DNA from: Schizochytrium sp. TIO01
Taxonomy: Eukaryota > Protista > Bigyra: Labyrinthulomycetes
Direction of reading: 5' to 3'
DNA: 64,000 bases
Assembly: GCA_004764695.1 (NCBI GenBank)
Contig: SMSO01000033.1
Location: forward strand, 2,837,526-2,901,525
Part shown: in pieces, positions 43,841-55,300 of the stretch
Layout of the letters: each line of letters starts with the position of its first letter
How positions within the stretch are numbered: position 1 is the stretch's first letter
The notes under the pieces: model-generated
Seen by the model: only the letters and a program-made list of their open reading frames with translations
What the model was told of the DNA's origin: nothing
Database searches by the model: none
Translations under genes and position numbers: made by a program

Positions 43841-44342
43841 GAGACCCCTGGTCAATTGAGAGGCAATCGCGGGGAAAAGGTATCCGTAGGAGGATAGGCT
43901 AGCCTGCGGAAAGGTGAACGAAGAGGATGCGTGCGTGGAGCGCAGTCGCAACTCTTTGAACTTTGAGAAAACTAAGCTGATGAGTGAGTTAGTTTAGCTA
44001 AAGCGGAGACTAAAGAAGCCTTGCTGGGTGAGCTCGGCGAGACTCGGGTGGCCGTGAGTAGTCAGAGGTTTTGGGTATGCTTGCCGGCGAGGCTTCCTCT
44101 TAGGTAGGTGTGTGATTTCCTTGTTGCACGATAGCGTGGACGGTAAGAGGAAATATTTTATCTGTAAAAAGATGTTCAATTAAAAAGGAAAGTCCTTTCA
44201 ACCTTTCTTTTAAGTGAAAAGTAAAATAAATTTTAGGCTTGAGGGGATTGAAAGTTTTCTCTGGTTTTTCTTGATGATATGGAATATGAGGCGAATGCAT
44301 TCATTGGACAACTTGTTTGGAAATATCCTAGAGGGCCAGGAC
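43841..44342 (+). repeat. Dispersed ~0.5-kb repeat, copy 2 (downstream of rDNA and tRNAs)
   Basis: Diverged direct copy of 33901-34449. Confidence 0.9.
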
Positions 44343-47289
44343 AAAAAGGAAGATACCCAATATGGTGAAGTTGACCTTACCCCAAGTTTACTGGAATGTC
44401 AGGTATCCCAAGATATCTGTTACGACAATATGTGGAGCAACGATTGTGATGAAGGTGTGTAGTAGAAAGGAATTCATGCTGCTTTGAACAATTGAAACAT
44501 GAAGATACTCATGAGGCTAGAACCTTTGCGATCTAAAGTAGAAGCGTTAGTATCGAAATGGCCTCTCAGATTTGTTGGCCGCACTATGCCCAATGGTTAC
44601 TGTGTATTGTATAATTGGATGCGACGCTTTATGCAGCACCACATTGTCAATATACTCTTCGATAATAACGATACTTTTAAAAAGAATTTATTTGAATAAA
44701 TAAATAAAGACAAACTAAATAAATATTAATAGTTTATATTAAATTAAAAAACTTATCTGAATAAATGTCTTTGTTTTAATTTTTATGAATTTCTATTATT
44801 ATTTAAAGTGCTTTCCAACACTAATCATTCTATTAATAGCAACATGAATTGGTGAAGCATATCAGGATGCCGTATCCCATCGAGAGTATTCATTGCAACA
44901 CGTTTCAACGTCAAAGACATATCTTCTCCTGCAATGTATTCTTCAAGGTACCTCTCGGCATGAAGACACCGTATTCGCGTGGATTGCTTATTCTCATCCT
45001 ACGGTCATTAACTACACGATCAACAATTACATCACAAATTGTACACAAGGTGTTACTAATGCATAATGAATGCTTCGTTTAGTTTATTTTGAGCATAGTA
45101 ATACGTTATGTACAAGAACAAAAACGTCCACTAGCGTTTGATCGATTATATTATTGTTTTGCTTCAACCTTGAAAAGTAAATGAACATTCAGATAGTCTA
45201 GATTTATTGCTGGAATTAAATGAAGCACCGTCCCTCAGTGGTCCTTTTATATGATTCTTGAAAGAGCAAGATAATGTGCATTCGCTTTTCGTGAAAGACT
45301 GAAATATATTCGCAAACGTTGGCATTCACTGTGTGAGATCTTCCAGCCTCTGTAACTTCGTCCCACTTGCTATAATAATTTAACTCCTTATAGATATGTA
45401 AAACATGTCTTTACCACTAAACCAATCTACAAGAGATGTTTTACTTTTCTCTATCAACAAGAGTACTGATAAGCATGGAATGGATCCAGTTTTAAAATTG
45501 TACAAGGTACGATCTGTCTTTGTAAAAACAAACAAAAACACCAAAAACTCATTGTTTAATATTAAATTAAACTTTTTAATTTGAAAAGTTAAATATTTTA
45601 AACCAAAAGTAAAAGTTTAATTAAAACAGAACAATTTTGTTTTTATATTCTGTTCTAATACATTTTTGTTTTTAATCTTTAAAAGTTAAAAGGAGTAAAA
45701 GTATTTGCAAATTTTTAAAGTGACAGAAATTATTGATGTAGCCTGAATGAGATCTTCGAGAGACTTAACGAGTCTTAACTAGTTTGCTGCTGCACAGAAT
45801 AGAGCATCTTCAGATCAAGGGTTGCACAATAGTATAGGCGCCACTGCTTAGACAGGTGACAAGCCGACTTGCTGTTTAGAAGCTCAATCCAAATGAATCC
45901 TTGGTGTGTGAACTTTCCGAAACCAATGTTTTTAGCTCGTTAAGCATTTTCAAATTGGTCATAAAGCTGTCCAACGTTGTTTACTGCAGCATGGCTTTCT
46001 AGGAATCACGTTTGTCTTTAAACTTTCATGCTCAGAGCACTCTGCAGTATGGTGATGATGTAGATTTGTTCGACGGAAGGGCTCTGTCGAACAAAGAAAT
46101 TATCAAATTGTGCTTCCTTAGAGAGTAGACCTTTTGTATGACCTCATCTATCAAAAAACATTATTGGGGCGATTTCGCGAGTGTTTTGAGCAGCCGCAAC
46201 AAAGTCAAGCTTTCGTTTTGCTGAGTCTTGTTTAAAAAGTTTTAAAAAAGGTTGTTTTTGTTGGAGGCAAACTCAGGTTAAAATTCTCTCAAGTATTGTA
46301 CGTTCGATGAAGGCAAGGGATACAAATTTTCACAAGACTCTGAATCAACAATTAAGTACTTTATACAAAGGTTTTCCAGTGTAATAGCAGAATTCAACAG
46401 CATGCCTTGTATGCATTAGAATATTTATTAAAAACGATATCATGGAGCTTGGTGCAAACGACAGAACACCACAAAATATTTCTAAATAGATTCACGGACG
46501 TTCGAAATACGATATGTTGCAGCTTTTTCGAAGCAAGTCCTTTGGGAACCGGAAATACTAGTCAAATGTGTGGTAAGTACGCTTCGTGCCTGCACATCAA
46601 ATTATTTCGATAGCATCAACATAGAAAACCTGATTTGAAGGGAAAACAGTGCAATAAGGAATTGCACAAAGAATCACAAATTGAGAACTACCACTTATTT
46701 TGTGACTAGTCCCTTTCATGGTTAAGAAAGGTCATTTGTTAATTTGGAGATGCCGCAAAGAGGAACTCATAATGGATTTCTTATTTAAAAAACGCATTTC
46801 GTGAGAGCACCCCCTAAAATATAAAGAAACAGCTATCGAACGATTTGCAACTTAATCTTTGACAGTGATGTGCTTGGGAGAAAGCTCTGTGCAAAGGCCC
46901 AGTGAAGGAATCGCAGGCACTCATTCGTCACAATTGATATGCTTCAAAATACTTCAAAATTTGCAGTCATCGTACAGATTCGAAAGGAAAGAAGAAACTC
47001 TCTCTCCAGTTCAGTAGAAGATGCTGTGCGGTCAAAACATGCAATATCTTGCTTTGACGGTAGTGTAGGTAAAGTTGTTGCTGGGCAATCATTGTTCTCA
47101 ACAGTAGAATTGCAAGTTCTAATTTATACGCTAAGGTTCTGTTAGTCCTAGTTAGACAATTCTTCAAATAAAGTTCTAGATAGATTAAACTCTAGTCTGT
47201 ATTTTCATTTCTATAATAAAGTGCTGGAAGATCAAAAGGAAAAGCATCAGAACTTGAATCAAATCATAGAGGACTGCTCTAGGCGCCCC

Positions 47290-47722
47290 GGCCGTGAGCA
47301 GGTAGAGCATAGTGGGTGGTTCGCTTGGCCTTAGCAAAGATGCTGGGTTGACTACCTGCGCTTGTAGGTTGCTTCCGGTTCCTTCTGCTTTGCCTCCAAA
47401 CGAACGAAGCTGTGAGATGAGATCACATCAACCTTGGCTCTGCGAGACTTGGACGAGGCTCGAGCTCCTGCAAGCACCGCTGCTTTGGCAAGATGGGTCT
47501 CTGTCTCCGCCAGCGAGCACAGAGTTAAGTGAGAACCTTTGTTTCTCAATTATAGAAGGTGTTTTTTATGCCTCAGAAAGGTCTGTGAAACAAGTGAGGT
47601 CTTGTTGGAGAATCAGCTGTCCACCTGAAAGGAGGTCTGCCACCAAGCCTAAACCATGGCCTCTGGAGAAAGAAATCAATGCTGGGTCATAAGCCTGGTC
47701 ATTCTCACTATGCGGCTATTTT
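47290..47722 (+). ncRNA. Candidate structured RNA of unknown family
   Basis: GC-richer island in AT-rich DNA; pairable ends, adjacent 8- and 9-bp helices, several hairpins, followed by TTTT. Hand-folded only. Confidence 0.3.
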
Positions 47723-48945
47723 GCTCGTTGGTATGTTTTTGTAAAATTCGCCGCTGACTAGAGTAATGAACAATTATTCATAAACACGAGCGACTTCACG
47801 GGTCGCAAAAATATTCAAAGTGATCTGCACATTTTGGCCAGGACAATAGCATTGCGAGACTTTTTGAATAAAAGATTTTTTTAATATGGTTCCTCTACAG
47901 TGTAGAACCTTTTACGACATAAGCAATTACCGCGGTGACCATTGCAAATGTTAAAAGTGGCCATGAACTTCGCAGTGCATTTAATTGGTCCACATGTAGA
48001 TGCCATTTTCCCGTATTGTTGTTCGCACTGAGCTGTGCACGAAAAGCAGTCAACTGTACATTGGAATTATACTGTTGCAACAATAACAACGTTCTGTTGA
48101 ATTTTATGCTAGCTAAGTTATGGCTTTGGTTTATTGGTCTAATGAATATGTTCCTTGTAGTAGGTATCTGCCGAAGTACCAATCCTAACTTAGTTTAGGA
48201 AAAATGAAAAATAAAATGTCGTACATCACCAGATGGCCAAAGTTTCTCCTCTAAAAATCCAGATCAATTCAGGTCGCTGGAGAATTGAAATCAGAATTCC
48301 TGGTACCTGACTTTGTTTCGAAAAATAGTAAATTAAACACGGCTGTCTTCAGGGAAGCTACTAAAAATTTTATTTCCTCAAATCTGCTGCTGAAGGGTAT
48401 CTTTAATATATACGACTTTTGTGCTGTTGCCTAAAGCTTGTCACCCAGGCAAAGGGAGAAGAGAAAAAGTGCAGCCTCGGGCAAGCGAATGGAGTTTTAA
48501 ATAAACAATATATCTCGATTGATTGCGGCGACGAGAATGATATTTGAAAAGCAAGTACGACCTTTTCTGTGGAACCTCTATTTATTCTACCGAGATCTTA
48601 AATTTGTTCCTTTCATTTGTTTCTGCAAGCGTACTTTCCAGAGAATGCAGTTACTGACCATGGCTTTCCTAAGTAGATCACCGATTGATGCAAAGTAATT
48701 TCGATTCTTTATCTCTTTGTGCCTAACTTTTAATGCATTGCAAAAAATAGGATACATCAATTTTCAGATTCCCTATCAATTTTTTTAATTCGGGAATGTT
48801 GATAGTAAGCCAACGTCACCAGTACGTATGTCAAAAATGAACAGATTAACCCCGCTTTGTGTGGAGAACTGATATCATTGCTTAATTATTAGTGATTCAT
48901 ATCAAAGTACCAAAAATGAGTGGTTTGGGAAAAAATTGCAAAAAG

Positions 48946-49064
48946 AACATTCAACACCGGGGCTTCGCATGCAGTCCCCTATCATACTACTGACCCGGCC
49001 CTACGCGACTTTACTTCTCAGTGCGAATGAGATGAGGTGTTACCCGCGTGGTATGATCGAATGT
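48946..49064 (-). rRNA. 5S rRNA
   Basis: 119 nt, ACATTCGATCATACC...GGTCAGTAGTATGATAGGGGAC...GTTGAATGTT, paired ends, T5 terminator downstream. Confidence 0.95.
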
Positions 49065-49087
49065 GAACAGATAAGTCGAACTCTAGC

Positions 49088-49094
49088 ATTTATA
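49088..49094 (-). promoter_or_regulatory. TATAAAT box at -30..-24 of 5S
   Basis: Conserved position in all three 5S copies. Confidence 0.7.
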
Positions 49095-52000
49095 CTCCAG
49101 ACCTCTATTTCATTCTATAAAAAGTAACAACGCAGAAAGTAGCTTTCCTTCGAGTCTCTCTGGCCTGCCATGAAGACAAAAGCCTCCTTGCAGGCTTTCT
49201 GTTACAGAGTGCTTTATTTGCCTTTGTTGAAATACAAGCTGATGCCGAGCAACAGTAAAGTTTGTGAGAAGGAAAACTGACGCCATGACTTCGCAAGGCT
49301 CAAAGGAACACCTTCATGACCAGATCATGTTGAAGCGTCAGTCAACATAGTGATGAGGGAGGGAAGGGCACAAAGCAAGCCTCAAAATGACAAGGCAATT
49401 CGACGAGATTCGTAAAGCTGTAGGTCCTCTACCCCCCTGGTTGAGTTGAAACACACGCATTTCGAGCAATCGATTATTTATTCTGTGCATATTACAAATC
49501 GTGTGCATAGTCAAGAAATGCTTCATATTTCTTTCCCTAGCACGAAGTTATCCGCCATGATTGAGAATTCTAAAGCTGTCTTGAATAGGTTAATGGTTAT
49601 AAGTAGTTGCTTTAGTCTAGTTTGCACAGTTTTAAATAAATACATTTAGAAAAAAAATGAATCTTTACAATGTTCTTTAGTTGTGGTGTTCCGCATTATT
49701 GAGTTAATGCAGGTCAGAAAAAAAAAAAATTAAAAAAAAAATGAAACTGGTATACTTGTTGTTTCTTGCATGGTTTGCCGTTCTGTGGTAGAAGGAAAGG
49801 TCACACTTGTTCACTTCAATATGTTCCTTTGCGTGTCCGAATCTCACCGATATAGTTCGACTCTCTCCTTCTGAAGATTCTTCCTTTCACAGATGCAAGA
49901 TGTTCTACGTTCAGGATTAAGCTTGCATTTGTGTATTTCCTAGGAAACATCAACGAGATAATTCCCCAAGCTGGAGACAAGAAAGAAAGTTACTGGGCGC
50001 TACTATTCCTAATGAGTTAATAATATCTCGTGTTACAAAGTTTACTATAACGAGAAGTGCGTATAAAAGCAAATGAAGAGACTAGCCAAGCACGGTTGTG
50101 CGCATTCTGTTTGCCTGTGTACTCACATGTGTCTCAACTGCTTTGAAACTGACTCGAACAGAATCCTTAATGTGTGTTTGTAGAACAAAACAATCTTCAG
50201 TGGGACACCATCACAGAGATCTCGTGGGAGAAGTAAACCGCTTAACACTTTCGTTGACACTCTCAGCACATGTTGCTTAAATATGTGTGTTTCCCTCTTA
50301 GAGGTATATTGCAAGTTAGCGTGAGGCGATCACCAAGAGATAGTGTAGGTAGAGAAATAAAGGAAAAGAAAAGTTAGAATTAATATTCAGGAACTGCTGA
50401 CAAGGCCCATTGTCAAAGTCTATGGGCTTTGGTCTTGTGTTCGGTGTTCGGCACCTTGAGATGATCCGTCCGACACATAGGTGTGAAACTTCGATAAGGC
50501 ATAAGTATGTAAAGCCAATAGTTTCTTTCAACAGATGAAGCATACTGTAGAGGAGTAATTTTAAATTCATCATTGTAGTTGGAATACTGATAAAGCTTAT
50601 CATGTGGGATTCTGTTAAGTCAAGTAGCCAGATTAAAATATGCAGTTCATGGGGCGCAGCAAAATTTATATCATCTGTGCTGAGATTACCAATCAGAGCT
50701 CTGTGGAGAAGAGTCATTGTCACACTATTATAAGTCCTCGTAGTCTAGGACTTGTAAGAATATGAATATCAAATACGAAGGAGTGAGACCAAGGAAATAC
50801 ATGAGTGAATATGAAATACACAACCAAAGAATTGTTCTGAACAAACGAGCTAGCCTAACCCCTTGAGCTCTGAGTTTTAACGGTCTTAGTCTCATACTCA
50901 GGGTATGAACTGTTCCACCTGTTAAATATCTTTACGCAGCAGTAGCTGATCATTTACTAGGACAGTAAATCCTTGAATGCACAAAACTCTTGAAGTTTTG
51001 GTGCTGAATGTTCATCTCCAAGGTTTGCAATCGCTAACTGCGTACGCCGAAGCATTGAAAAATGCCTCCATCTTCCCATACAACCTCTGGCTGCTTAGAG
51101 ATAATCTTTTAATAGCCTCCTCCTATAGCGATTGTGCATTTACTTTGTAGCTTCTCTGGTATCCACAATTCTGTCATTGTCTCGCAATCTCAGATTGATG
51201 GAGTAAACTGATTCCTTTATCACTCTGTGTGTTATTGCAATGCTCTCTTCTATAAAATCTTTGAAGAACAACTTAAAGAGCCGACCAGAAACGCAATGTT
51301 TTGTCTTTGAAGGTTCGTTGCGTCAACTTTGATCTGAGAGTTTAAGATGTGGAAATTAAATGGTTTTCTTGAGAAGAGTCCATGCTTCGAATAGTAAATC
51401 TGGATACATGGCATATCAAGATCAAAGAGTTTCGAGGATTAAATAACTAATGGTTTCATTCTAGCTTTCAAAAGTTGTCTGGAGTGCCAAGGCTTGTGTT
51501 CAGAGTCTGATCTTTACGATTAATTTATTGTGTAATAGTAAATAGTGACCAAGACAGAGCTACTCTCCTATTACCCAGGTTATCACATGTACGGAGAAAG
51601 GGCTGTGTCTGTAATACTACTCTTGCTCCTGCCTTTGATGGAGTTCTTATGTAAATTGGAAACGCCCAGCACCTCGTAACCGTAATATCATGGTATTCTA
51701 TGTTTGATAGGACTGTACAATAAAAAGTTGCGTATTACAGGCCCTCTGATGCTAGGGTGGAGTAGCGATTGGTGTGCAGAATTTAAATTGAAAACTGAGA
51801 GGAAATTGTCACATTAAGGGTTTCAGTGCAGTTAGAAGAACTGCATTTTGGCTTTGATGAATAAATAAATAAAAAGTTGCTTTCCGAAATGAGAACTATT
51901 GAGAACTGCCAAAGAGAGATAAATCAAAAGAGTATTTTTGAGTTTATTTTGCAACGATTTGGCTTAAACATAGAGCTTCTGATACCTTGAGGTGTTGCTG

Positions 52001-52328
52001 AATGAATTATCGCAGGAACCAAGAAAGTAAAACTAAGAAAGGATTCGTATCTAATAATAAAGTAAATATGCTCCTCAAACTGGAAAATAAAATTAAGAAA
52101 GCATATATATCATCAGTGAAATGTTAATGAATCATTACACTGTTCTAAATTATGTTTAGTTTATGTTAAGTTTTAGTACGTCCCCTCACCAAGAACCTTG
52201 CCAAAAAAAACATTATAAATTTTGATCCTGTTGGCAGACGTCGGTAATATCTGGAAGAGAGCAGTTGCTTTTTTGCATTCTAGTCAACGGCGCTTAAGCA
52301 AAAGATAATCATTTAAAATTCGATTAGT

Positions 52329-55300
52329 TTATTCCAATCTAAAGTTTGCGCCAACGATATCTGGTGTTAGCAAAGGTGACAATAACTCTCTCAGAACGAG
52401 TCGAAGATTTCTATCCTGAATTTGTGCATTCCAGTACTCACGCAGCCGTTCAGCGCGGAGCAACTGCCACGCCTCACGAACCTGCTGAAATGAATAAGGA
52501 AAAAATGGATCTTGCCCAAGCTTTTTCAAGCAAGTTCTCACATGATCATGACATGCATCTTCATCCTGAGAACTGTAGCCAAGACACCAAGCGCAGAAGT
52601 GATGACCACAAGTCTCATTACCACACTCTACAGCACAGCAGCCGTCAAAATCGTGTACATATGCCTTACAGTTCGGACAACATGTGCTCAAGATCTTCTC
52701 TTGAATATGAAGTAAATGAAGCCGTGCGTCGCGATTCTGTTCATCAGCACGTAAAACTTGTGCTATACGCCTTTGGATCTCCTTCTCCGCCCAAGCTGCT
52801 GCTTCATTTTCTGCCTTCATCTTCGCAATCAACAATAGGTGATTCAAAGCAGTTGGTGCAAGACGGGTGATTTCTTGACCTGATATTCTTCCACTACATT
52901 CAGGTTTCATGCATGCCATTGTTCCATCAGCATCCACTCTTACGTTAGCAAGTGGCCGTGCCGCCGCTTCTACAGAAGATTCGATACAGTCTCGGCAAAG
53001 AAAGTCTCCCTCCTCGCAGCTCGTGCCCTCGGAAAGCAGACGCTCCTCCATGCATACTAGACATATCTTGACAGGGATCTTAGGAGCTCCAAAAGCTTCA
53101 TGTTGGAGTGCTTGGCGAGCGGTTGGACGCTGGCCAGGGTCTGTTGCTGTAAGAGCATCGATAAGTTTCTGCATTGCAGCGGTTCGCTCAGTAGGATACA
53201 GCTCCTTTAAGCTGATGCCCACAGAGTACATGTCCATCGCTGTTTCAAACCTATCTACAGGCCCATTCTGCAACTCGGGGGCAACGTACCGTGGCGTTGC
53301 CTGAAGTGATGTGTAAGTTGCAGTGTAGTCCGCAACCTTGATGCCGTCAAAGTCGCCGATCAATGGTGTCCCGTTGCTTGTGAGGAAAATGTTTTCTGGT
53401 TTGATGTCACAATGCACAATGCCGTGGGTATGTAAATCCGCCACACCGATAAGCAGGCCCATAGCAAGTCGGTCGCGCGCTGCTTTGCCTTCGTTAGGGT
53501 GACTCTCAATCCACCTGGCAAGGTCACCTTGCTCGTAGAAAGGCATGACGATACAGCCACGCGGTTCTCCATTAGAGGTATCCACAAAAGCGCCAGTAAT
53601 ACGTATCACGTGCTGAGACACCACTTTGCCCATATTTGCAGCTTGCCTGTAAAATATTTTGTGTTGGCTCGAATGGCCGAGTTGAAATTGTTTCAAAACC
53701 ATAGTTTTACCAGCGTTGTCAAGAACCTTTTGTACTCTCTTGCCACCTCTGGAAGCAAGGGGCTCGCCAACAGGCTTGAAGTCCGAAACTGTGACATTCG
53801 TCAACCAAAGGTCAGAACATGCTACTTCAAAAACACCCTCTGCACTTACGTGAAGCCTTTCCAGCCAGGCGCTATCTTGCAGCAACTCTGGATAATGTTC
53901 CTGCGCGTGTTGCAGAGTCTCAGCAAGCTTATGACGAAAAGCTTTGCTAAGGTCGATAGGGTTGCCTTGAGAGAGAATGAGCTCTTGTTTTTTCATTCTA
54001 TTTCTAAAATATGTTCGCTCTTCCTCATCCAAGTCCTCTATTTCAAGTTCTTCTTTGGCTCTCTTCAAAATTTCTGTGGCTTTCCTCGACTTGTCAAGTT
54101 TCTGGAATAATGCTTCAACATCTGAGACAGAAGGTTCTTTCAAACCCAGTGCTGCAAAGTCATACAGATTAAAGAGATCTGTTGGTGTGCACTTGCTTGC
54201 ATCATTCAACACTGTGCTTGCAGAGTATCCTTCAAATCGAGCGAATGTTGAACTTATCGCGCAAAGTATTTCCCACAATTGGGTACGAAGTGTATCTCCT
54301 TGTAGATCTTCGATCTCTTGCTTGAGAGCACTCTCAAGTTCAGACAACTCTGGTTCTAGCTCCATGGCCTGCTCAGGTGTCCTCAGGGCAACCGATAATC
54401 CATCACCAAGTTCTAGCTCAGACAATCGAGAGATGACGCGCTTTACAGCTTGTTGGCTTCGTTCACCAATGTTGTTGTGTTGGCCTTCTCCACTCCTCTT
54501 GTACCCTTCCACGCATTGGACAGCCTGAATAACGAGTTCTTGGCAGTGTTTGAAGTCATCAGTGCTGGTTTCTTCATCGACGGGTGCAAGGTTGATCTTT
54601 AGATCGTTTACGAAACTTTCAAATCTCACTTTGAATTCTCGCACTGCACTCTCATCACTTTCGCAAAGGTTGGCGCGAACCCATGGGTACACAACCTGCA
54701 AAAGTGAATACAGGTGCCTCCGTTCGGTGTTCCGCTTTTCGATGAGGCTGGCAAAGCCATCAGCAGAGCTTGCACGAATCTGGCCTTGTAGCACGTCAAG
54801 ACTCTCTTTGGAGTTCTTGATGTCAGCGAAAACCTGTCGCAACTTCACTTGGCCAAAGTAGCCCTGGATCGCCGGTCGAACGAATTCCTCAAGCAGGGCA
54901 ATCCCAGTCAGCAGGGAATTTCCTCTGACCCCGCCTCGGTCCGCGCGCAAGTCCGAGACTTTCTTGGCAAGCTGCACCACATCAGCGAAACTCACGCTCG
55001 CTCCATCCGGCCGTTCTCTGAGGCGAACAAGAAGACGTAAGCAAACGAGCAAAATGATGTTAAGGCAGCAACAAAAGCAGACGCAAAAGTTAGGATACCC
55101 TCTATCTCAATAACACAATTCGTGGAATGAATCATTACACGATCCCAAACAAAGACTGACCGCATGAACTTACCCAGATCCATCCAAAGTAGCAAGCCCG
55201 GCGCCATCAATGCCGTCTTGTTCGTTCTTGGGCTCTGCAGAAGGCTCGCTTTCTGCAGCCTCTATGGAAGCAGAGGAATCGAGCTCTGACGAGAAATCTG

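Noticed and set aside
45405-45432. tRNA D-arm-like GGTTTAGTGGTAAA on the minus strand
   Set aside because: No anticodon arm, T arm or acceptor stem could be built.
47575-47717. Assignment of the candidate RNA to RNase P or RNase MRP
   Set aside because: No complementary CR-V strand (UUCAGAC or GGGGCU type) to close P4; left unassigned.
44400-52300. Short ORFs and possible decayed coding fragments in AT-rich DNA
   Set aside because: No recognisable motifs or consistent splice pattern; a translated homology search would be needed.
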